Shown here: in pieces, positions 54,185-64,000 of the stretch | Layout of the letters: each line of letters begins with the position of its first letter | Numbering within the stretch: position 1 is the stretch's first letter | NCBI GenBank assembly: GCA_964016885.1 | Contig: OZ024763.1 | Location: 11,470,001-11,534,000 of the forward strand | Source: Eledone cirrhosa | Lineage: Eukaryota | Length of the DNA stretch: 64,000 nucleotides | Reading direction: 5' to 3' | The notes under the pieces: generated by a model | What the model saw: the letters and a program-made list of their open reading frames with translations, nothing else | The model's database searches: none | What the model was told of the DNA's origin: nothing | Program-made: the position numbers and the translations under genes

Positions 54185-54685
54185 ATATTGTTATACTTTG
54201 GGAGGGTCATGTTGCCAATAAGAAACACACGCACCAGTTGCTTTCACTTCAATTTATTATAATAAATTTATAAATTTCCGGTTGGTTGGTTGGTTCCACA
54301 ACCAAATGGTTGTTTATATTTTGTCAAAGTTCTTTCGTCACACATTCTGTGACCTCTTCAGTGACTGAGGATTCTTTTCTTTGTTTTTTCTGCCTCTCCT
54401 TTGTTCTGTCCTACGCCATCTTTGTTTTGTGTGGATGGCGTAGGACAGAACAAAGAAGAGGCAGAAAAAACAACGAAAAGAATCCCCAGTCACTGAAGAG
54501 GTCACAGAATGTGTGACGAAAGAACTTTGACAATATATAAACAACCATCTGGTTGTGGAACCAACCAACCAACCGGAAATTTATAAATTCCTAAATTTAT
54601 AAATTTATTATAATAAATTAAAGTGAAAGCAACTGGTGCGTGTGTTTCTTATTGGCAACATGACCCTCCCAAAGTATAACAATAT
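54185..54685. mobile_element. 500-bp fold-back PLE-like element with hammerheads on both strands
   Basis: ~240-bp arms around a 13-nt loop (54421-54433); + strand GTCA-CTGAAGA(54493)-GGTCACA.GAATG.TGTGAC-GAAA(54518)-GAACTT-TGAC. Confidence 0.88.
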
Positions 54686-54756
54686 ATATATATATCCAAG
54701 TATATATATATGTATATATATGTATATATATATATATATGTGTGCATATATATCTA

Positions 54757-54801
<45 letters not shown>

Positions 54802-54874
54802 AAGTATCTGTATATATATATATATATATGTGTGTATATATATATCTATCTATATATATATATATATCCAAGTA

Positions 54875-54911
<37 letters not shown>

Positions 54912-55442
54912 AAGTATCTATCTATATATATATATATATATCCAAGTATATATATATATATATAAACTTATTTCTATAATACTTATACATGCACAATTAT
55001 TAATCTATATAGATATTTATATACTTACAACCTGTTGTAATGTAATAAGATAAAATCTACTCACAACCATAATTCTTCATATAACCTAACTGATTATATA
55101 TACAATATTATAACTCATAATATAGGTAAATAAATTTAAATTCTGGAATCATATTCCACCATTCCCGCAAATTATTAATTCCTTTTAAATTTACGTAAAT
55201 ACAAGCCCTTCTTTCTTTTTTACTTCTTCCTACTCATACATACATATATCCTAATTATTTAAATTCTGCATAGCGTCTAAAATAACGTTTTTTCAGCCCT
55301 ATACCTCAACCTCATTTGCATACTCATCTTAATAATTTGAAATATCTGACTTTTCTTCTCTCATCCCTTCACTATCCAAGAAAAACTTGAACCGTTAAGG
55401 TATCTTTTCTTGGTTATGTCAAAATTTATAAAAGAAACTTTG

Positions 55443-55542
55443 TATTTTATCTGATGAAAGCGTACCAAAGTTTTGGTAGCCTTGAAATATATAGAATAGA
55501 ATAAATATGGTTTTATAAATATAGTTTCCATATATTTAATAT

Positions 55543-55545
<3 letters not shown>
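55443..55545 (+). ncRNA. Hammerhead motif in a PLE-like repeat (family of 7695)
   Basis: TTTTAT-CTGATGA(55451)-AAGCGTACCAAA.TTTGGTAGCCTT-GAAA(55484). Confidence 0.55.
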
Positions 55546-55581
<36 letters not shown>

Positions 55582-55670
55582 GAAAGTGAGTTGTGAGTTT
55601 TTCTTTTGTTTTGTAGTGTGTGTTTGTGTGTGTGTATGTGTGTGTATGTATGTGTGTCTGTGTGTGTGTT

Positions 55671-55713
<43 letters not shown>

Positions 55714-56254
55714 CTGCCTGTGTGTGTGTGTGTGTGTGTCTGCCTGTGTGTGTCAACAATGTTTATTTTTAGAGTTTGCAGATAAAAATAAAAATAAAAG
55801 GATGAAGAAAAGTGAATAAAAATACAAATCTAGATATAAATATGATTGAAAAGGGTCCTTTGCAGAGTGAGTGGGGGTGGTTAGAGTCGTCAAAGAAGGG
55901 GTTTCTGGGAGACTTAATAGATAAGCGCAACTAAAAAAAAAGGGTTTGAGCATTTATAAAGTGGGGAAATGTCCCACTCTAAAAATGCTCAGCCCCTTTC
56001 ACTCAATAAGAGAGAATAAAATCGGAAAGAATCACTGGACAGATTTGACGGTGAAACCCGACTGGTAGGAGACCCAGGGGTAGACCCTGAGCAAGATGGT
56101 TGGAGATGGTTGCTTCTGACAGGACCCGCTGGTTAACTTTGCCTTTCATCCTACGGGGTCGATAAAATAAAGTACCAGTAATGTACTGGGATAATTGCTG
56201 GCCTTGTGCCTAAAGTAGAAACAATTATTATTACCACTATTATTGCTGTCATTG

Positions 56255-56283
56255 CTACTACTACTACTACTAGCACCACCACA

Positions 56284-56317
<34 letters not shown>

Positions 56318-56460
56318 GCACCACCACAACCACTACTATTACTAGCACCACCACAACCACCACTACTACTACTACTACTAGCACCACCACAACCACCACT
56401 GCTACTACTACTACTAGCACCACCACAACCACCACTACTACTACTACTAGCACCACCACA

Positions 56461-56504
<44 letters not shown>

Positions 56505-56538
56505 AACCACCACTACTACTACTACTAGCACCACCACA

Positions 56539-56572
<34 letters not shown>

Positions 56573-56881
56573 GCACCACCACAACCACCACTACTAGCAC
56601 CACCACAACCACCACTACTACTACTACTACTAGCACCACCACAACCACCACTACTACTACTACTAGCACCACCACAACCACCACTACTACTACTACTACC
56701 ACTACAACTACTACTACTACTACCACCGTTTCTTCAACGATTACTACTACAGCAATAACACATTTAAGAGCAACATCAACAACAACACTACACCCCACCA
56801 CCACCATTACAACAACAACAACAACATCTTCACCACTAAAACAAAACCAATACTCCACCACCATCACAGCAACAGTAACAA

Positions 56882-56913
<32 letters not shown>

Positions 56914-57550
56914 ACAATACCAATAACAACAACAGCAGCAACAGCAACAACAATAACAACAGCAACAATAACAATAACAGCAACAACAGCAACAATGACA
57001 ACAACAACAGCAACAATAACAGCAACAACAATAACAGCAACAATAACAACAATAACAACAATAACAGCAACAATAACAATAACAACAGCAGCAACAGCAA
57101 CAACAATAACAGCAACAACAGTAATAACAACAACAGCAGTAACAGTAACAATAACAACAGCAACAATAACAACAACAATAACAGCAACAATAACAACAGC
57201 AACAACAGCAACAATAACAACAGCAACAATAACAGCAACAATAACAACAATAACAGCAACAATAACAACAATAACAGCAACAATAACAACAACAACAACA
57301 ACAATAACAGCAACAATAACAACAACAACAACAATAACAGCAACAATAACAACAATAACAGTAACAACAACAACAACAATAACAGCAACAATAACAACAA
57401 CAACAACAACAACAATAATAACAGCAACAATAACAACAACAACAACAACAACAATAACAGCAACAACAACAATAACAACAACAATAACAACAACAATAAC
57501 AGCAACAATAACAATAACAACAATAACAACAATAACAATAACAACAACAA
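56255..57550. repeat. (ACT/ACC)n and (ACA/ATA/GCA)n trinucleotide tracts
   Basis: Directly visible; source of the poly-Thr/Leu/Cys ORFs. Confidence 0.95.
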
Positions 57551-57869
57551 ACCAATTCCAATTTCTTGAAGATAATCAAGAGTAACTTAGACAGAAAATC
57601 GATATATTTCATTTATCGATAATCAAGCCTCGGTTTGAAAAAAAAAAAACTATCGGTGGCCATTTTGAATTGCAACCATCAACAAAACAACATGGCGTAG
57701 AGTGGCTCGGTGTGGTCGTTCAACTAGTTAGAAATAGCAGCCTAATCCCTCCTCAAATGACACCAGAGTGTCTTAAAAGAAGGATAACACATGAAATAAT
57801 GTAGTCCTGGGTAGACTGTGCCTGAAAAAAGGAAAACTCATTGAATAATGCAGCACTTTAAGTACCTAA

Positions 57870-58308
57870 TATAATGATTTCTAGTATAGGCACAAGGCCA
57901 GCAGTTTTGAAGGGAGGGGAAAGTCGATTAAATAGGACCAGTGCATTACTGGTACTTTATTTTATTGACCCCATAAGGATGAAAGGCAAAGTTAACCTCG
58001 GTGTGATTTGAACTCAGACTGTAAAGGGCCATAACTCTATGCCACAAAGCATGGTGCCCGAAACTCTACCGATGTTGCCAATCTACCACCATGAAGCACC
58101 TCATATAATTGTTTCTACTTTTGGCACAAGGCCAGCAACTATCCCAGTACATTACTGGTACTTTATTTTATCGACCCCGTGAGTATGAAAGGCAAAGAAG
58201 TTAACCTCGGTGTGATTTGAACTCAGACTGTACAGGGCCATAACTCTATGCCACTAAGCATGGTGTCCGGCGCTCTACCGATCCTATCAATCGATCGCCA
58301 TGAAGCAC
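57870..58308 (-). mobile_element. Two tandem SINE family A copies
   Basis: Both are followed by CCATGAAGCAC, suggesting a local duplication. Confidence 0.8.
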
Positions 58309-58422
58309 ATGACATAGGCATCATGTATCGCTGTGTTGATTCATTTTTCTAAGAGTAACATTTTTATGAAATCTCCCTCCCCTCTCTCTACATATAAATA
58401 AGTGTGTCTCTGTGTGTGTGTG

Positions 58423-58454
<32 letters not shown>

Positions 58455-58870
58455 GCTGTTTGTGTGTCTATATATATATGTGTGTGTGGCTGTGTGTATA
58501 TATATGTGTGGCTGTGTGTATATATATGTGTCAATGTGTGTGTGTGTGTGTGGCTGTGTGTATATATATGTGTGAATGTGTGGCTGTGTGTATATATATG
58601 TGTGTGTGTGTGTGGCTGTGTGTGTGTCTATATATATATGTGTGTGTATGTGGCTGTGTGTATATATATATGTGTGTGTGTGTCTGTCTTTGTGTATATA
58701 TATATGTGTGTGTGTGTGTGTATATATATGTGTGTCTGTGTGTATGTATATATATATGTGTGTCTGTGTGTATGTATATATATATATGTGTGTGTGTCTG
58801 TGTGTGTATATATATATGTGTGTGTGTCTGTGTGTGTGTATATATATGTGTGTCTGTGTGTGTGTGTGTG

Positions 58871-58933
<63 letters not shown>

Positions 58934-59904
58934 ATGTATATATGTGTGTGTGTGTATGTATATATGTGTGTGTGAGTATATGTGTGTGTATATATATATA
59001 TGTGTGTGTGTATATATATATATATATGTGTGTGTGTGTATATATATATATATATGTGTGTGTGTGTTTGTGTAGTGTCAAGGGTTTCCATAGAAACTAG
59101 AATGTTATTAATGTCTGCTCGACACGGTTGATTGCTACCTAAGGTTTCGAAGAATACCTCTGTATTAGCCATAACATTTTATTATGATCTACTTGTGAAT
59201 GCTTTTCATCAGGCGAGTAGTTAAGATGACTTATATCTATCTTTCTCTATAACTCTCTCTGCCTCTCTCTCCCTCTTCACTCTATCTCTCCCTCTATCTC
59301 TCTCTATCTTTCCCTCTCCCTCTCTCTATATATATACATATCTCTCTATGTTAATATATAGCATAAGTATTCATATTTATTTATATATTGTATATGTTTG
59401 TGTGTGTGTATATATATATATATATACACACACATATATATATATATATATACACAGACACACATAAATATATATACACAGACACACATATATATCACAC
59501 ACATATATATACACACAGACACATTCACACACACACATATATATATATGATAAGTTGATGGACCCAGCTTATTTATCAATACCAGGACCGGTTGTATCTC
59601 AGCGTACTCAATAGGTAATGTAAAATACACTCCCAGAGTATACACATAGTTATTCGCTTCAATACAACACAGTTAAACGGGTGCCTATAGTAGTTCCCGA
59701 ACTCGAGTTTCTACCACACTTAATGCAGCAGTAGAGTTATAGTTAATAAATGAAACAAACAAAACACAGGAGGCAATGTTTACAGTTACATATATATATA
59801 TGTATTTATTCACATATAGCGCAGAGCATATGTGCATAAACACACATACACCGTGTTGTATTATGACAGTATTGTATTAGCTCAATGTACAAGAACAGAG
59901 CCGT

Positions 59905-60395
59905 TATATGTAAAAGAAACCAAAGAACGCTTACATACTCAAACAGTTTTTATTTGCTTACAGTGTTTCATCCATACCGTTTGCTAGGAATCCTCAGAGC
60001 TTAATAAACACAGTGCTGAGTATAAGCTCTACCAGGCTTAGTCACACGAACAATCGGAATACAATAGAGGGTAAAGAGAGGGAGATCGGATATGGAGAAC
60101 AGGGAGGGAGTACATGTTGAGGTTGTTAAGCACCACAGATCTGCTTGTGCCCTAGCATTTGGCTGTGGTGCTTAACAACCTCAACATGTACTCCCTCCCT
60201 GTTCTCCATATCCGATCTCCCTATCTTTACCCTCTATTGTATTCCGATTGTTCGTGTGACTAAGCCTGGTAGAGCTTATACCCAGCACTGTGTTTATTAA
60301 GCTCTGGGGATTCCTACCAAACGGTATGGATGAAACACTGTAAGCAAATAAAACTGTTTGAGTATGTAAGCGTTCTTTGGTTTCTTTTACATATA
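59905..60395. mobile_element. 490-bp fold-back PLE-like element with hammerheads
   Basis: ~233-bp arms, loop ~60139-60162; minus strand GCT-CTGAGGA-TTCC..GGAT-GAAAC-ACT-GTA-AGC; the + copy reads CTGGGGA. Confidence 0.88.
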
Positions 60396-60416
60396 TATAT
60401 GTATGTATGTATGTAT

Positions 60417-60605
60417 ATAGGAAAATGTTTGACTTCGGCGGCAGAGCTCAAGCCGTTTCGACGGCTTTTTCTGAAATAGCCGTCGAAACGGCTTGAGCTC
60501 TGCCGTCGGGGTCAAACATTTTCCTATTACTCACTCTACTACCCTAAGTATTGAGTACTCTGGTGCGTTATGGTCCATCTGGTTCCTTACCACACCACCT
60601 TCGTT
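60417..60605. mobile_element. Fold-back element (family of 12961-13150)
   Basis: Arms 60417-60527 with GAAACGGC..GCCGTC-GGGGTCA. Confidence 0.75.
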
Positions 60606-60662
60606 ACGTATGTATATATGAATATATAAATATATTATATATATATAGTATATGAATATATA

Positions 60663-60708
<46 letters not shown>

Positions 60709-61099
60709 TTTATATTAAGCTTCAAGACGAAAACACGTCTATGTCATTAGATGCTTTAGAGAATAGATGGACCAAAATACAGAATGGAGTTTGGAGCTTC
60801 CATTGGTTGGTTCAGGTCACGTGATGGTGTCTATGATTTCAGGAAAAGTTGCGTCGAGCTGGTGTCATTAATTTTAATCTGACCCAGCGACCTCCTGTGT
60901 GTAATTGTGTCTAGTAACTCTACTTCTGATCTGTGTATCTGGTGTCGCTGGTCAGCTATATGGTCAGTTGATGTATGTGGTGAACATTTGGCTGGTCTCA
61001 TGCTGGTGTTTGCAGGGTGAACTGGTCCGAGGGTGAGAGCGGGATGCCCTATACATACATGCATGGGGTCTTTATAGTACGTCCAGAGCCAATGGTTTG

Positions 61100-62480
61100 A
61101 AGTTGGTTAACAGAGCACTTATCCAGTAACAACAAAACTTTAAGCCAGCTTTACTGTTGAAATATATATACGGCAGGTTGCTGCAGTATATGCAACCTCC
61201 TGCTCATACAGAGTTGATAGTTGCAGCCTCCAGAGCAGTAAGGAGATGATCTTTCCAGCATGCTCCATTTAATACTGGGGGTGCTTTGCCCTTGATCACA
61301 GATCCTCCATAGGAAACAGGACCAAGCAGTAGAGTTAACCCGGTTCCTGTAATCTAAAGATGTGTACATGCTGTATAAATCTACCCTTGATTTAATTGGT
61401 TGTTAAGCCCGTATAGTTCCTCTGGAAGTCGCCAAGTGGTGTGAAGGTCACTCTGTTAACCTTTGAGGGGTAGGATTTACCAACAGAACAGTTGATTGGG
61501 TTTGGAGAATTGCTTGTTGGTGTGTATATTGGAGCTTGTGTGTATGTGTGTCTTATTCTGTTACAACATGCGATATTTGAAGTGAAGCTAACTAAACATT
61601 ATGTAAGTTGAAGATTTTGTGGCACGTATGGCTTTATGGGAAGTGTTTTTCTTATTAGGACAAGAAGTTGCTGGTGATATTCTTGATTGGGTGGACAATT
61701 GAACCATCCTATGTTTCTCTTTCTAATTCTCTCATGGCCGCATGATTTCCATGTTTAAATATTGTTTCTGTGAAACCACTTGTTGTTAATGCCCCATTGT
61801 AATATGGTGCAGCTCTGTCGAAGATCGGACGATAAAGTAAAGACTATTCAGCTAATCCCGTTTACAAGTTTCCCAACTATAGCTGAAGGATGGATGTAGC
61901 AATAATGTATATACCCTTTCCTCATTAGGCTTCCGGTCGGAGTAGTGTGTACCACTGCTGAGATCTAGATCTAGGGTGATATCCAGAAAATTACTTTTGG
62001 TTAAGTTGGTGGCGACTGTGGTTATTTGGGCGAAATCTCTGAAGATCGTTTTTCTGGACTTACTCATGTCATGGGCAACCATAAAGCTTGAGATTGCAGG
62101 GCCATCATATCTGTACAGAGCTGCACTATTTGGATGGGTTCGTTTTCTAAGGGTATTGAGGATGAATAAACTGACATGGTCAGGGTTCTCAGCCCCGTCA
62201 AAGAACTCCATGATCACGTCAAACAGCGACACCCTTCCTATGTTTTCACAGTATAAGTTCTCGTGGTGCAGTAGTGACTTCCTGACATTCAAAACTATTG
62301 TGATACCGAGGTCAATGAACCTAGTGAAAATTAGGGCTTTCAATAAAAGGGGTTCTGGGTGGGAACGGTAAAAGTCCGTGGTGTGGTTCTGGGGTAAAGC
62401 TCAGGATGGAACATTCTCGATGTTGTGAAACCAGTTGATGTGGGCGTTGCTGGAGTTTCATTGGACGGGGCCAGACGTCC
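61100..62480 (-). mobile_element. Decayed Penelope-like element, Naiad-type RT plus C-terminal GIY-YIG
   Basis: FDVIMEFFDGAE, LYRYDG (~LYRDDG), NFLDITLDL..G.HY..RKPNE; downstream YTGLT...KGRFIQH, NSTA.S..LW, IKWSML..SSPYCSG...QLC. Confidence 0.8.
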
Positions 62481-62487
62481 ATCTGAT

Positions 62488-62681
62488 TATATATATATGT
62501 ATATGTGTGTGTGTGTATATATGAATGTGTATATATGTATATATGTATATATGTGTATATATGTATATATGTATATATATGTATATATATGTATATATGT
62601 ATATATATGTATATATGTATGTATATATATATATAAGTATATGTATGTATATATATAAGTATATGTATGTATGTATATATG

Positions 62682-62713
<32 letters not shown>

Positions 62714-63366
62714 CATATATATATACTTACATACATACGCACACACACGCGTGTACGTATGTATGTGTGTGCGCGTATGTAAGAATATGTGTATATATAG
62801 ATGCATATATGTATGTATATGTATTTGCATATCTATGCCTATCTACGTACATTCTATTATAAATATAATATATATACATATATACATACATACACACATA
62901 CACACATACATTCACACATACACACATAGCCACATTCATAAACACATATACATACATTTATTCATACATATAAATATATAGATTTATACATACATACGCA
63001 CATACACACGCATACATACATAGACACATACATAAACACACAGACGTACATTTATACATGCATATATACACATAGGTTTATACATACGTACGTACATACA
63101 CACACACATACATACGTACATACACACACGCATACTTACAACATACATACATACACACACACACATACATACATACATACATACATACATACATACATAC
63201 ATACATACATACATACATCAGTACACGCACGAACACACTCACACACATATACACACATATACACATACACACACACATATATATACACACACACGTACAC
63301 ATACACACAAACACACACACATATATATACACACACACACATATATATATATACACACGTACACAC
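62488..63366. repeat. Compound (TA)/(TG)/(CATA)/(CA) microsatellite
   Basis: Directly visible. Confidence 0.95.
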
Positions 63367-63877
63367 AAGCTGTCACTTGAGATAAAGAGTTATCTATTTA
63401 CACCAACACTTCCAAGTAGTTTTAGTGGTCGGCCTCCAGGGGGCGACACTGAAAGTCTATTATCTTACATTCTACTCAATATATTTCATGTATTCTTTCA
63501 GCTTGAAGGCTTCTATGTGTCTCTGTCTGTCTGTCTCTCTGTCTGTCTGTCTGTCTGTCTGTCTGAGTGTGTGTCTCTGTCTGTATGTCTGTCTGTCTGT
63601 CTGAGTGTATGTCTGTCTGTCTGCCTCAGTGTGTGTATGTCTATCTGTGTGTGTGCGCGTGTGTGTGTGTCTGTCTGTGTGGTTGTTTTTTCAAAACTTC
63701 AAGAATCCTAGACATTCTTAGTAAGGACAGCTATTATACGTTCTCAGGGTTTTCTGTTTTGAATATTGAAAACTGTTGATGGGAGGGAGGGGGGTACGGT
63801 ACACAGGTAGCAGTTCTGATAATAGAGAATAACTGTCCTTACTGAGAAGGCTTATAAAACACGCGACTAACACCATG

Positions 63878-63909
<32 letters not shown>

Positions 63910-64000
63910 TATATAGTGGCTGCCAACTCGTTTTCGAGTACGGCCACTACTTTAAATCCATGTAGGAGAACCCCTACCGATGCGCTGAACGAGTGTGACT

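Noticed and set aside
56206-57612. 459-aa mucin-like poly-Thr ORF
   Set aside because: Starts inside a SINE tail at a non-ATG codon and consists of trinucleotide repeats; no signal peptide

Overview
AT-rich, microsatellite-saturated animal genomic DNA. The SINE, RTE and Penelope repertoire looks like an octopod cephalopod (inference). Almost every long ORF in the six-frame track is a translation of simple or tandem repeats. One real spliced gene can be assembled on the + strand: CRE and TATA-like promoter at ~7.16-7.20 kb, then exons ending at 7430, 14372-14515, 20776-20971 and 22655-~23100. It encodes a 137-aa secreted prohormone-like precursor with a signal peptide, a two-Cys N-terminal peptide and KR/RR-delimited peptides that all end in Tyr; I cannot assign it to a named family. 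The second major theme is at least a dozen short non-coding elements from several sequence families, mostly embedded in (TA)n tracts. They carry minimal type-I hammerhead ribozyme cores (CTGANGA...GAAA...UH) and are often arranged as long fold-back inverted repeats. A decayed Penelope-like (Naiad-type RT plus GIY-YIG) element at ~61.1-62.5 kb is a plausible relative of their mobiliser. The rest consists of decayed LINEs (RTE, R4/Dong, CRE, CR1/L2, L1/Tx1), tRNA-derived SINEs, a mariner fragment, piggyBac-type MITEs and many minisatellites, several of them visibly born from transposon sequence.
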